Source: Gammaproteobacteria bacterium (GTDB lineage Bacteria; Pseudomonadota; Gammaproteobacteria; SZUA-229). From it: a stretch of DNA of 64,000 nt. Below the pieces are notes generated by a model. That model was not told where the DNA came from and did no database searches. It saw only the letters and a list, made by a program, of their open reading frames with translations. Made by a program: the position numbers and the translations under genes. Positions 51,346-61,486 of the stretch are shown here, piece by piece; positions within the stretch are counted from its first letter, which is position 1, and each line of letters opens with the position of its first letter. The stretch covers positions 10,114 to 74,113 of the forward strand of contig JAOUKV010000007.1 in assembly GCA_029882355.1 (NCBI GenBank). Direction: 5' to 3'.

Positions 51346-51720
51346 ATGTCAAACTTATTTATCGGGCTAGGTGCTCTCAACGCATTTATTGCAGTAGCCA
51401 TGGGGGCTTTTTCTGCTCATGCGCTCAAAGGTAAGTTATCAGAACATTATCTGTCAGTAATACAAACCGCTGCCGATTATCAGTTTTATCATGCTCTGGG
51501 CTTAATACTCATCGGCCTGATTTTTTTACATAACAAATCTCGCCTTATCACACTTGCTGGCTGGCTGATGCTTAGTGGTATTATTCTATTCTGTGGCAGC
51601 CTGTACACACTCAGCCTGAGCGGAACAAAATGGCTGGGCATGATCACACCACTAGGTGGCCTATGTTTTTTAATTGCCTGGCTGATGTTGGCCTATGCTC
51701 ATCTGCAGGCAAAAAACTAA
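51346..51720 (+). CDS. DUF423 (YgdD-like) membrane protein
   Basis: 124 aa with four TM helices and a conserved AFSAHAL motif. Confidence 0.8.
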   Translation: MSNLFIGLGALNAFIAVAMGAFSAHALKGKLSEHYLSVIQTAADYQFYHALGLILIGLIFLHNKSRLITLAGWLMLSGIILFCGSLYTLSLSGTKWLGMITPLGGLCFLIAWLMLAYAHLQAKN

Positions 51721-51723
51721 AAA

Positions 51724-52476
51724 CTATTTTCTAGCTGACTTCCTGCCCTGCGCCGCTGAATAAATGCCCCGCAAGATACTCACTTCACGTTTAGTCAGGT
51801 GAGCACGATTAAATAACCCCTTTAATCGGCGTTTGATAATTTCAGGATTGCTACTGCCAGTAAATTCCACATCTTCGAGCATTTTAAAAAGATGCTGGTA
51901 CATGCCATCGACCTGATCTGCTGTCGCCGGTATGTCATTAAGGTGTTTGGAAGCGATCTTTTCGCTCTCGGCTTCCGTTGAAACAGATAAATCCAACGCT
52001 GCCAGACGTAACTCATAACTCAACACCTGCACCGCTGATGCCACATTCAGCGAACTAAAATCAGGATTAGTCGGAATATTCACCAGTGCCTGACATTGCT
52101 CCAGCTCTTCATTGGTCAGGCCGGTACGTTCGCGACCAAAAACAATCGCTGCTTCTGCCTGCGCCGCCTGTTTCATTGTTTCTGCCGCACACTCGCGTGG
52201 TTGCATCATCGGCCATTGCACGGTGCGCTCTCTGGCGCTTGTACCCATCACCCAGGTGCACCCAACCACCGCCTCGGCCAGGGTTTTCACCACCACGGCA
52301 TCACCTAGTACATCATCAGCACCAGCCGCGCGGCTATAAGCTTCAAAAGAGGGATGATCATTGGGGTCAACCAGCACCAGCTTCGTCAAACCCATGTTTT
52401 TCATGGCTCTGGCGGCCGCACCGATATTTCCGGGATGAGAGGTATTAACTAAAACAATTCTTATATTTTCAAGCAT
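51724..52476 (-). CDS. trmJ: tRNA (cytidine/uridine-2'-O)-methyltransferase TrmJ
   Basis: 250 aa; MLENIRIVLVNTSHPGNIGAAARAMKNMGL is collinear with E. coli TrmJ; SpoU methylase fold. Confidence 0.9.
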   Translation of the reverse strand: MLENIRIVLVNTSHPGNIGAAARAMKNMGLTKLVLVDPNDHPSFEAYSRAAGADDVLGDAVVVKTLAEAVVGCTWVMGTSARERTVQWPMMQPRECAAETMKQAAQAEAAIVFGRERTGLTNEELEQCQALVNIPTNPDFSSLNVASAVQVLSYELRLAALDLSVSTEAESEKIASKHLNDIPATADQVDGMYQHLFKMLEDVEFTGSSNPEIIKRRLKGLFNRAHLTKREVSILRGIYSAAQGRKSARK

Positions 52477-52531
52477 GCGTGTATTCTGCTATCATTCGCA
52501 TCGATTTAACACAGCTCTTTGAAAATTTACC

Positions 52532-53347
52532 ATGCATCCAACAGTAAACATTGCGGTACGCGCAGCGCGTGCAGCCGGCGACATCATTGTCCGTAGTATG
52601 GACAAAATTGATCGTCTGACAATTACCTCCAAACGCAACAATGATTTCGTCACCGACGTCGATCGTAAAGCCGAAGAGGCGATTATCGATATATTGCGTC
52701 AGTCCTACCCGGAATATGGCATTTTAGCCGAAGAAAGTGGTGCTCAAGGTGAAGACGCTGAATACCAGTGGATCATTGATCCTCTGGATGGCACCACCAA
52801 TTTCCTGCATGGCTTCCCGCAATTTGCGGTATCGATTGCACTCAAACATAAAGAGCGCATCATCGCCGGTGTGATCTACGATCCATTGTCTCAGGAGCTA
52901 TTCACCGCATCCAAAGGTGATGGCGCGCAGCTCAATGGTAAGAAAATTCGTGTTTCAGGTCGAATCGGACTAAAGGGTTCGTTATTGAGCACCGGCTTCC
53001 CGTATCACGATCAAAGCTATCTAGATACTTACATGAAAACCATGACGCAACTCATGGCACCCGCCGCAGGCATTCGTCGCCCCGGCTCAGCCGCGCTGGA
53101 TTTGGCCTGGCTGGCTGCTGGTCGTACCGATGGTTTCTGGGAATTTAATTTGAGTGCATGGGATATCGCCGCAGGTGTGCTAATCGTTCGTGAAGCGGGT
53201 GGCATCATTTCTGATTTCCAGGGTAGCGATAACTACCTGAAAAGTGGCGATATCATCGCCGCTAGCCCCAAGGTGTTCCCAGAAATGATGAAAATCATCA
53301 GCGGCAGCGTTAAGGGCAGCGCTTACGAAGAACGCTCAAAAAAATAG
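52532..53347 (+). CDS. suhB: Inositol-1-monophosphatase SuhB
   Basis: 271 aa; NIAVRAARAAG, WIIDPLDGTTNF and the WDIAAG motifs are collinear with E. coli SuhB. Confidence 0.93.
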   Translation: MHPTVNIAVRAARAAGDIIVRSMDKIDRLTITSKRNNDFVTDVDRKAEEAIIDILRQSYPEYGILAEESGAQGEDAEYQWIIDPLDGTTNFLHGFPQFAVSIALKHKERIIAGVIYDPLSQELFTASKGDGAQLNGKKIRVSGRIGLKGSLLSTGFPYHDQSYLDTYMKTMTQLMAPAAGIRRPGSAALDLAWLAAGRTDGFWEFNLSAWDIAAGVLIVREAGGIISDFQGSDNYLKSGDIIAASPKVFPEMMKIISGSVKGSAYEERSKK

Positions 53348-53355
53348 ATAAAGAC

Positions 53356-53592
53356 TTACTGAGCCTTCGCCTCTTCCGGTGTCAGTGCTTTGATGGTCAA
53401 AGCATGAATGGCACCACTTTGAATATGCTCATTCAACAGCGCATATACCATCTTCTGCTCAGCTACCATAGTCTTGCCTTCAAAAGCATCAGAGACAATG
53501 GTCGCTATGTATTTGCTGCCATCGGCTGTCACCGTAGCTTCACTACCGGGAATGCCGGCCTCAATAATTTTTTTAACTTCGCTGGTTTCCAT
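53356..53592 (-). CDS. BolA-family protein (IbaG-like)
   Basis: 78 aa with a BolA-like fold and a C-terminal HAL...TPEEA segment. Confidence 0.65.
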   Translation of the reverse strand: METSEVKKIIEAGIPGSEATVTADGSKYIATIVSDAFEGKTMVAEQKMVYALLNEHIQSGAIHALTIKALTPEEAKAQ

Positions 53593-53680
53593 TACATAAC
53601 CTCATTGAAAAAGTTTCGCGCATCTTAATGGATATTTAAAAGCATGACACCGTATATTCCATACTGGTATAAATAACGCC

Positions 53681-54739
53681 ATGAACAACATCACACAACT
53701 GGTTCTACTCTGCCGTCCCGGTTTTGAAAAAGAATGCGCTGGCGAGATCATGGATTACGCCACCAACCTTGGCTTTCCTGCCTATATCCAGACCAAACCC
53801 GACACCGGTTATGTCTTGCTGATCGGTACCGGTGAACCGAATATCGGCGAACTCGTCTCACAGCTGGATTTTAAACAGCTTATTTTTACCCGTCAGTGGT
53901 TTGCCAGTCTGGCCAAAGTCGATGACCTGCCCGAACAGAATCGAATTGCACCGCTCATCACCACTATCAAATCATTAGATGAAGATTTTAACGATATTGA
54001 ACTGGCTTACCCCGACACCAATGATGGCAAATCACTCAGCCGTTTCTGCAAACAGTTCAAACCCCATTTATTGACCGCGCTAAAAAAACAGAAACTATTA
54101 TCGGCGCACTCAAACCAACGCCTGCACATTTTGTTTTTAGATTCCAAACAGGCCTTTGTCGGTGCATCGCCGATAGACAATAGCGCACAGATCGCCATGG
54201 GCATTCCGCGTCTACGCATGCCCTCTTCCGCACCGAGTCGCTCAACACTCAAACTCGAAGAAGCCATTCACTGGTTTATTGAAGACGAATCAAAAGTCAT
54301 TAAAAATGGCATGAGCGCGGTTGACCTCGGTGCCGCGCCCGGTGGCTGGAGCTGGCAACTAGTACAACGTGGACTGTTAGTCACTGCCATCGACAACGGA
54401 CCGATGGAAGATAAACTCATGCGCGGCGGCATGGTCGAACACTATAAAACCGATGCATTCACCTATCGTCCGAAAAAAACCGTCGACTGGTTAGTTTGTG
54501 ACATGGCCGAACGTCCCTCGCTAGTCAGCAAACTCATTGCCAAATGGTTCACTCGTGAAGACTGCCACAACGCCATCTTCAATTTAAAATTGCCGATGAA
54601 AAAACGATTACAAGAAGTGAATGAATGTCTTTCTCTAATTCATCAGCAACTGAACGAGGCCAACATTACACATCAAATACAGGCCAAACATTTGTATCAC
54701 GACCGTGAAGAAATCACCGTTTGCATTATTAGCAACTAA
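53681..54739 (+). CDS. rlmM: 23S rRNA (cytidine2498-2'-O)-methyltransferase RlmM
   Basis: 352 aa; LLCRPGFEKECA, GIPRLRMPSSAPSRSTLKLEEA, VDLGAAPGGW, CDMAERP and NLKLPMKKR are collinear with E. coli RlmM. Confidence 0.93.
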   Translation: MNNITQLVLLCRPGFEKECAGEIMDYATNLGFPAYIQTKPDTGYVLLIGTGEPNIGELVSQLDFKQLIFTRQWFASLAKVDDLPEQNRIAPLITTIKSLDEDFNDIELAYPDTNDGKSLSRFCKQFKPHLLTALKKQKLLSAHSNQRLHILFLDSKQAFVGASPIDNSAQIAMGIPRLRMPSSAPSRSTLKLEEAIHWFIEDESKVIKNGMSAVDLGAAPGGWSWQLVQRGLLVTAIDNGPMEDKLMRGGMVEHYKTDAFTYRPKKTVDWLVCDMAERPSLVSKLIAKWFTREDCHNAIFNLKLPMKKRLQEVNECLSLIHQQLNEANITHQIQAKHLYHDREEITVCIISN

Positions 54740-56453
54740 CAGTTTTCTGCATCACCAATCGTAGATCATCCGACTGAAGCGGCTTGTACAACACCTCACT
54801 TCCAATTTTAACGGCTTCGGCAACAATTTCTTTTGCGGTATCACCAGTGACGATAATTGAAGGTATATCATCATTATAAAAATCTCGAACGCTTGAGATT
54901 GCCTCGACTCCAGTTTTATTATCACGCAATCGATAATCAGAAATAATTAGATTCGGCTTTTGGTAGTGGTCTTCACGTAATTGCTGCAACGCTGATTCTT
55001 CACTATCACAAATTAAGGATTCACAGTCCCAGCTTCGCAATAATGCACGAATAGCATCTCTGACATTCACCTCATCATCAATAACCAGTACAAACAGGCC
55101 TTGTAGCTCTTCATATACCGTGTCAGTCGAAGGAAAAACAAATTCTTTTCCCTTGTAAAGGGGTACACAAAAACTAAAACAGCTTCCGATTCCAATTTCA
55201 CTTTCAACTTTTACAGAATAATTTAATAAATGCGACAGCCTTTTTACAATAGCCAGACCCAGACCCAGCCCTTTATTTCTATCTCGCTCAGGATTATCCA
55301 ATTGATAAAATTCAGAAAAGATATTGGTCTTCTCTGTTTCAGCAATACCTTTACCAGAATCATAGACCTCAATCACCAATTCATCATTTTTTTCTTTTAC
55401 CCGAACCGACACCTTGCATGAAGAATTATGCTTGACCGCATTAGATACAAGATTACGTATAATCCGAGCCAATAAAATCGGGTCAGATAAAACCAGTAAA
55501 TCTGTATTATTCACACTTAGTTCAATATCTGACTGATTTGCCAATTCCTTAAAATCCTCAGCTATCGAATCCAATAGAGGCTGAAGCTTAACCGGTGAAA
55601 GATTTACATCAACAACACCAGCATCAAGCCTGGATACATCCATCAAGGAATTCAATAAATCTGTTAATGAACGGCTAGAATGAATAACTTTTTCAAATAA
55701 TTCCTTTTGGTAATCATCTTTTAAATACCGGCCCAAGGCCCCCAGAAATAAATCCATTGCATGCAGAGGTTGTCTTAAATCATGGCTGGTCGCTGCCAGA
55801 AAACGTGATTTTTCTACATTTGCCTTCTCTGCAATTTCCTTTTGTAATTGAAGATTTTCCATTAACTCAATATTCTGGAAACGCAATTTAATTGATTCGA
55901 TGATATTTTTATTAACAACATGAGAATAAGCCAGCATTGCGATTAAATAAACCATGACCATATAACCAATTAATACCATTAACTCCTGACCAGAAGAAAT
56001 CAGCTTATATATGAATGGGCTCAATGAGAAAATTGAAAATGCGTAAAAAGCCTGATTGAATACCGATAATGGAACTAGACTACCCGCCAGCATTCCAGTG
56101 AGGGATACCGAGAGCAGCAATACGGCTTCAGAGTCAGAGACATTAAGAAATAATAAGGAGGCACTTCCCCACAACATACCCGAGATAGCAGAGGACATGG
56201 CAAAGGTATATCCCCACTTGACTGTAGCAACCGCTGGATATTTTCGATTAAAGCTGGTGATTAAAATAACACGTGCAATAGTCAATAAAATACTTAACAG
56301 CAACCAGGGAAGCAAGAGAGCATGGTCAACCCTGTCCCAGAAAAAATAGGAAACAACGGCGATAACCGTCACCAGTCCCATAAATAAAAATGGGGATTGC
56401 TGAAAGAGCATGCGTATCTGCTCATTTTTTATATTTGCATCATTCGTCATCAT
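54729..56453 (-). CDS. Hybrid sensor histidine kinase with polytopic membrane sensor (5-6 TM) - HisKA - HATPase - REC
   Basis: 574 aa with an N-terminal multi-TM region, H-box ATSHDLRQPLHAM, HATPase motifs DSGKGI and GLGLGLAIVKRL, and a C-terminal receiver (VLVIDDEVNVRD...DYRLRD). Confidence 0.88.
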   Translation of the reverse strand: MMTNDANIKNEQIRMLFQQSPFLFMGLVTVIAVVSYFFWDRVDHALLLPWLLLSILLTIARVILITSFNRKYPAVATVKWGYTFAMSSAISGMLWGSASLLFLNVSDSEAVLLLSVSLTGMLAGSLVPLSVFNQAFYAFSIFSLSPFIYKLISSGQELMVLIGYMVMVYLIAMLAYSHVVNKNIIESIKLRFQNIELMENLQLQKEIAEKANVEKSRFLAATSHDLRQPLHAMDLFLGALGRYLKDDYQKELFEKVIHSSRSLTDLLNSLMDVSRLDAGVVDVNLSPVKLQPLLDSIAEDFKELANQSDIELSVNNTDLLVLSDPILLARIIRNLVSNAVKHNSSCKVSVRVKEKNDELVIEVYDSGKGIAETEKTNIFSEFYQLDNPERDRNKGLGLGLAIVKRLSHLLNYSVKVESEIGIGSCFSFCVPLYKGKEFVFPSTDTVYEELQGLFVLVIDDEVNVRDAIRALLRSWDCESLICDSEESALQQLREDHYQKPNLIISDYRLRDNKTGVEAISSVRDFYNDDIPSIIVTGDTAKEIVAEAVKIGSEVLYKPLQSDDLRLVMQKTVSC

Positions 56454-56566
56454 TGGCTGATTTTACATTACTTTATATAAGGCCATAAAATTCATTATTC
56501 ACTGTGAATATCATCGACATATCATTAAACATTTGCTCAAATACATACCCCCCTCCAAACACGTAG

Positions 56567-57385
56567 ATGACCATGCAAAGCAAAGCCCTGAAGCCCGAAG
56601 AATACTTTATTAAGGACGAGCCTTTTTACCAGTCGATTGGTGAAGAGATCGAAGTCTTTGAAGCGGCTTATCGCCAGGGCCTGCCTATTTTATTAAAAGG
56701 CCCCACCGGCTGTGGCAAAACCCGTTTCATGGAACACATGGCCTGGCGTTTAAAGCGCCCCCTGATCACGGTATCCTGTCACGACGATTTAACTTCCTCT
56801 GATTTAGTCGGACGTTTTTTAATCTCCGGCGGTGAAACCGTCTGGGTTGATGGCCCGCTGGCTCGTGCTGTACGCAATGGTGCTATCTGTTATCTCGATG
56901 AAGTCGTCGAAGCGCGCAAGGACACCACCGTGGTGATTCACCCACTGGCCGATGACCGACGCGTTCTGCCTATGGAAAAAGTCGGTGAACTTTTAGAAGC
57001 TACGCCTGAATTCTGTTTAACCATCTCTTATAATCCTGGCTACCAGAGTGTAATGAAAGATTTAAAACAAAGCACACGTCAACGCTTTGTCGCACTGGAA
57101 TTTGATTACCCGGATGCACAGCTGGAAGCAGAGATCATTATCAAGGAAACCGGTATTGAAGATAAAACAGCGCAGCAGTTGGTTAAATTCGCTCACATGA
57201 CTCGCGACTTAAAAGGCAGTGGACTCGACGAAGGCGCATCAACACGTTTATTGGTACACGCCGCTAAATTGATTGTTGATGGTATCAAACCCGTCACTGC
57301 CTGCAAGACAGCCATCACCCAGGCAATTACCGATGACAGCGATATGCTGATCGCCATCAACGAACTTTCCTCTTCATTGTTTTAG
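56567..57385 (+). CDS. CbbQ/NorQ/NirQ-type MoxR AAA+ ATPase
   Basis: 272 aa with Walker A GPTGCGKT and Walker B CYLDEV, the length and motif pattern of CbbQ/NorQ. It is followed 23 nt later by a VWA partner. Confidence 0.85.
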   Translation: MTMQSKALKPEEYFIKDEPFYQSIGEEIEVFEAAYRQGLPILLKGPTGCGKTRFMEHMAWRLKRPLITVSCHDDLTSSDLVGRFLISGGETVWVDGPLARAVRNGAICYLDEVVEARKDTTVVIHPLADDRRVLPMEKVGELLEATPEFCLTISYNPGYQSVMKDLKQSTRQRFVALEFDYPDAQLEAEIIIKETGIEDKTAQQLVKFAHMTRDLKGSGLDEGASTRLLVHAAKLIVDGIKPVTACKTAITQAITDDSDMLIAINELSSSLF

Positions 57386-57408
57386 TAGCGAAGAGCCAAG
57401 CACGAGCC

Positions 57409-59535
57409 ATGTCTCGCCAGTCACTAACAGAAGCACAGATCATTGAATTTCTGGACAAATGTCTGGAAGTCGAATTTTCATTCGTCAAAAATGAAATACC
57501 CGCTGTCGACATTGTTAAACAGTCACGTCCACATCAAGACTTCATTCTCAATCTGACACAACGCGTTGCCGCCACCAATATTGAACTCGCCTATCAGTTT
57601 GCTGTTCATTCAAAACAGGCGCTTGAAGAAATGGATTTGCTCATGGTCGAAGCCTGGGCGATGTCGGCAACCGATCAATATGACAAACAGGGTTTGTACC
57701 CCGCCATGTCGGCGATCAAAAATTTAGATCAATTCATCCACACCGCACACGTAAAAGCCTGTGGTGCAGTATTCGAAGAAGAAGCATCCATACTACTGCC
57801 ATTTATACAGGGTCTTGCCGGGCGCAAACTCAAACTGGCAGAAGCCGAACAGGCTTACACCGACACTGAAACCATTTTTATTCCCGCCATCACTGCGCTA
57901 TTTGAAACCAAAAAAGAAAACTTCCTGCATTATAAAGTCACCGTGGCTTATCTTTGGGCGCAAATTCAATTTGGCAGCTTCAGAGTTGATTTAGAAATTC
58001 TGTCTAATGATCCCGACAAACTCAATAAATTTTCTGTACTGGAAAACATCCGTCTCGAAGCCTGTCTTGAAAGAGAACTACCAGGTTTGTATCGTGACAT
58101 GCAGATACTGAAAACGCTTTTCCACCCCGAACATGAACAAGACACAGAAAATTTACTCTCGATTGAATCTATACAGGCATTACTACACGAGAATGCCGAA
58201 GCAGCTCATTCACTCGACATTATTGAAAACATAAAAGTGGATCAATGGCCTGAAGTCTATTGTTACCAGGGAACCATTCAAATCGACCAAGTTGCAACCA
58301 TCTTTGAGCGACGTATTGAAAAGGAGAAAGCCTATTTTCGAGTCGCGCTCAGTGAACTCGCCAATGAGCAATCAAATAAGCAGGATGATAATCCTATTGA
58401 GGAAACTGACGAAAATTCAGCCTTCAAACTTGCTAACAAAGATGAACATACAAAACAAAGCGGCAACATTGATCTTGAACTCGATGGTGAATTAATCACA
58501 CCGCCTGAACATGTGCGCGAGCTGATGACCTCCATCATCGTCGACTTCGGAGAAATCCCACCTGAATATTTATTCGCCGCTGGCCCCGGTGAATATGATC
58601 TTAAAAAGTACCAGGAGGAAGAGATTAATCCTAATGATGTCTGGAAAGGTACCTATCATGAAGAAGGTGCAGAAATATACAATGAATGGAATTTCAAACG
58701 CCAGTATTATCACAAGAACTGGTGCGTGTTGCGCGAGTTAGAGATCAAACCGGTTTACGATGATTTTGTTGCCGACACACTCAACAAGCACAAAGGTTTA
58801 TTAAAAAGCCTGCGCCACACTTTTGAAGTCTTGCGCGGTGAAGACAAACTACTCAAGCGACAACCCTATGGTGACGACATCGATATTGATGCTTTGGTCG
58901 ATGCGCTGGCTGACACCAAAAGCGGCATGGAAATGAGTGAGCGAGTGTTCACCAAAATGCACAAGGAAGATCGCAACGTCGCTGTCATCTTCATGGTCGA
59001 CATGAGCGGTTCGACGCGTGGCTGGATTAATGAAGCCGAACGTGAATCGCTGATCCTGTTAGCCGAAGTATTAGAAATACTCGGTGACCGTTACGCTATC
59101 TACGGTTTCTCTGGCATGACCCGCAAACGTTGCGAGTTATACAAAATAAAAACTTTCGATGAGAACTACGACGACGAAATCAAAGCCCGCATCAGCAACA
59201 TCCAACCACAGGACTACACCCGCATGGGTGTATTCATCCGTCATATAACAAAAATGTTCCGCGACGTAGAGGCCAGCACCAAATTATTGATCACCCTGTC
59301 CGACGGAAAACCGGACGACTACGACACCTACCGCGGTGAATACGGCGTTGAAGATACCCGTCAGGCGCTGTATGAAGCCCACCGCGAAGGTATCCACCCC
59401 TTCTGCATCACCATCGACGAAAAGGCGCGTGATTATTTACCGCATATGTATGGCGCTGCCAACTATGCGGTAATCGACGATATTGCTAAACTGCCGCAAA
59501 AGGTTTCTGATATTTATCGAAGGATTACGAGCTAA
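57409..59535 (+). CDS. CbbO/NorD-type von Willebrand factor A domain protein
   Basis: 708 aa with a C-terminal VWA domain whose MIDAS motif is in VIFMVDMSGST...LSDGKPDD. Pairing with the upstream AAA+ ATPase is typical of CbbQO/NorQD. Confidence 0.82.
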   Translation: MSRQSLTEAQIIEFLDKCLEVEFSFVKNEIPAVDIVKQSRPHQDFILNLTQRVAATNIELAYQFAVHSKQALEEMDLLMVEAWAMSATDQYDKQGLYPAMSAIKNLDQFIHTAHVKACGAVFEEEASILLPFIQGLAGRKLKLAEAEQAYTDTETIFIPAITALFETKKENFLHYKVTVAYLWAQIQFGSFRVDLEILSNDPDKLNKFSVLENIRLEACLERELPGLYRDMQILKTLFHPEHEQDTENLLSIESIQALLHENAEAAHSLDIIENIKVDQWPEVYCYQGTIQIDQVATIFERRIEKEKAYFRVALSELANEQSNKQDDNPIEETDENSAFKLANKDEHTKQSGNIDLELDGELITPPEHVRELMTSIIVDFGEIPPEYLFAAGPGEYDLKKYQEEEINPNDVWKGTYHEEGAEIYNEWNFKRQYYHKNWCVLRELEIKPVYDDFVADTLNKHKGLLKSLRHTFEVLRGEDKLLKRQPYGDDIDIDALVDALADTKSGMEMSERVFTKMHKEDRNVAVIFMVDMSGSTRGWINEAERESLILLAEVLEILGDRYAIYGFSGMTRKRCELYKIKTFDENYDDEIKARISNIQPQDYTRMGVFIRHITKMFRDVEASTKLLITLSDGKPDDYDTYRGEYGVEDTRQALYEAHREGIHPFCITIDEKARDYLPHMYGAANYAVIDDIAKLPQKVSDIYRRITS

Positions 59536-59547
59536 GGCAAGTTAATT

Positions 59548-60981
59548 ATGGCGAATTCAATTTACTGGTACGACTACGAAACATTTGGCATCAATCCACG
59601 TTTGGATCGCCTCGCGCAATTCGGCGGCATCCGCACCGATGAAGATTTAAACATCATCAGTGACCCGCTGGTGATTTACTGCAAACCCGCCGACGATATG
59701 CTGCCCGATCCTTATGCCTGTCTGGTCACCGGCATCACACCGCAAAAAGCATTGGCGGATGGCCTGATCGAATCCGAATTCATCGCCACCATCCATAAAG
59801 AATTCTCCCAGCCCGGCACCTGTATTGCGGGTTATAACAGCATCCGCTTCGATGACGAATTCACCCGCAACAGCCTGTACCGAAACTTTTTCAACCCGTA
59901 CACGCACGAATGGCAGTATGGCAACTCGCGCTGGGATTTAATTGACATCGTACGTTTAACTCGTGCACTCCGACCTGACGGCATTAACTGGCCAGTCGGT
60001 GATGATGGCCGCCCTAGTATTCGACTAGAGCTATTGACCAGGGAAAACGGCATCAGCCACGAGTCCGCGCATGATGCCATGTCCGACGTTTATGCCACCA
60101 TCGAAATGGCCAAACTGATCCGTGAAAAACAGCCACGACTTTTCGACTACATGTACGGTCTGCGCAAAAAGGGTGAAGTCAGCAAACTACTCAACCTGCG
60201 CACCCATGAAGCCGTGTTACATGTCTCGTCGATGTACTCATCCGAACGCCACGCCATCGCTATGGTCATGCCCATCTGCCAGCATCCGACCAATAAAAAC
60301 AGCATCATCGTTTACGACCTTAGCAGCGACCCGACCGATTTTATCGAAATAGACGCCAATGAAATAAGCGGAAGAATGTACACCAAAGCCAGTGAACTAC
60401 CCGAAGGAATCAAACGCATTCCTCTTAAAGACGTACATATCAATAAGTGCCCGGTGATCGTGCCACTCAAAACCATGGACGCCGCCAGTGCAGAGAGACT
60501 GGAAATCGACATCGAAGCCTGCGAGGCCAACCGACAGATCATCCTCGACAACATTGACATACTGGCTGCCAAAACCTTGCAGGTTTTTTCACAGAACGAC
60601 TTCCCCGATGTCTCCGACCCCGATGCACAAATCTATTCCGGCGGATTTTTCAGTAATACCGATTATGACCGCATGGATCGTATAAGAAAAAGCAGTCCCG
60701 AAGAACTTAGCAAACTCAATCTTACTTTTGACGATCCTCGCCTGCCGGAAATGTTATTTAGATATCGGGCAAGAAATTTTCCTGAGTCACTTAGCGATGA
60801 AGAAAAACAACGCTGGAATGATTATCGAAAAGAACGGTTTACTGATCCTGCGCTTAGTCCGCGGACGATGAATCGTTTTTTAGCTGATATTGAAGAGTTG
60901 CAAGGTGGTGATGAAACAACTGGAGCACAATTGGTGATTTTAGAGGAGTTACTAGCTTATGCGGATATAATTAAACCTTAA
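59548..60981 (+). CDS. sbcB: Exodeoxyribonuclease I
   Basis: 477 aa; YDYETFG, AQFGGIRTD, VRFDDEFTRN, NSRWDLIDI and HDAMSDVYAT are collinear with E. coli SbcB. Confidence 0.93.
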   Translation: MANSIYWYDYETFGINPRLDRLAQFGGIRTDEDLNIISDPLVIYCKPADDMLPDPYACLVTGITPQKALADGLIESEFIATIHKEFSQPGTCIAGYNSIRFDDEFTRNSLYRNFFNPYTHEWQYGNSRWDLIDIVRLTRALRPDGINWPVGDDGRPSIRLELLTRENGISHESAHDAMSDVYATIEMAKLIREKQPRLFDYMYGLRKKGEVSKLLNLRTHEAVLHVSSMYSSERHAIAMVMPICQHPTNKNSIIVYDLSSDPTDFIEIDANEISGRMYTKASELPEGIKRIPLKDVHINKCPVIVPLKTMDAASAERLEIDIEACEANRQIILDNIDILAAKTLQVFSQNDFPDVSDPDAQIYSGGFFSNTDYDRMDRIRKSSPEELSKLNLTFDDPRLPEMLFRYRARNFPESLSDEEKQRWNDYRKERFTDPALSPRTMNRFLADIEELQGGDETTGAQLVILEELLAYADIIKP

Positions 60982-60997
60982 ATCTTTAGAGAAAATC

Positions 60998-61477
60998 ATG
61001 AACAAATTCTTTGTTATTAGCATTACTGCCTTTTCAATACTTATTTCTATCAACAGCGCACATGCTGTAGAACCAAAAAACATTCACGATTTGATGGTCT
61101 ATGAATTTGAAGGCGAATTTGAATATGCTCGCAATGATTTAATAGATGCTATCAAATCACGTGGCATGGTTATTAGCTATAGATCACATGCCAAAACAAT
61201 GCTCGATAGAACTGCTGACGCGGTCGGCATTACAGAGACTGCTTATCCTACTGGTGCTGAGATCATATTGTTCTGCAAGACGAATACTTCCCATAAATTA
61301 ATTCAGGCTAACCCCCACTACCTTGCCCTGTGTCCTTACGCAATCTCCGTTTATGATATTCAAAATGCCACGGGAAAAGTTTTTTTAAGTTACAGAAAGC
61401 CACCAGGTGGCATTCCTGAGTATGAAGACATAGAAAACCTCCTAAAAGATATAATCAACGAAGTCATAGGGGAGTAA
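60998..61477 (+). CDS. Secreted DUF302-like protein
   Basis: 159 aa with a signal peptide (MNKFFVISITAFSILISINSAHA). The DUF302 assignment is tentative and made from memory of the family. Confidence 0.45.
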   Translation: MNKFFVISITAFSILISINSAHAVEPKNIHDLMVYEFEGEFEYARNDLIDAIKSRGMVISYRSHAKTMLDRTADAVGITETAYPTGAEIILFCKTNTSHKLIQANPHYLALCPYAISVYDIQNATGKVFLSYRKPPGGIPEYEDIENLLKDIINEVIGE

Positions 61478-61486
61478 GAGATACTA

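Noticed and set aside
56567-59535. Calling the AAA+/VWA pair a RuBisCO activase and inferring a carbon-fixation island
   Set aside because: There is no cbbL, cbbS, cbbM or carboxysome gene in the window. The family also includes NorQ/NorD and NirQ, so the client cannot be assigned from sequence here.
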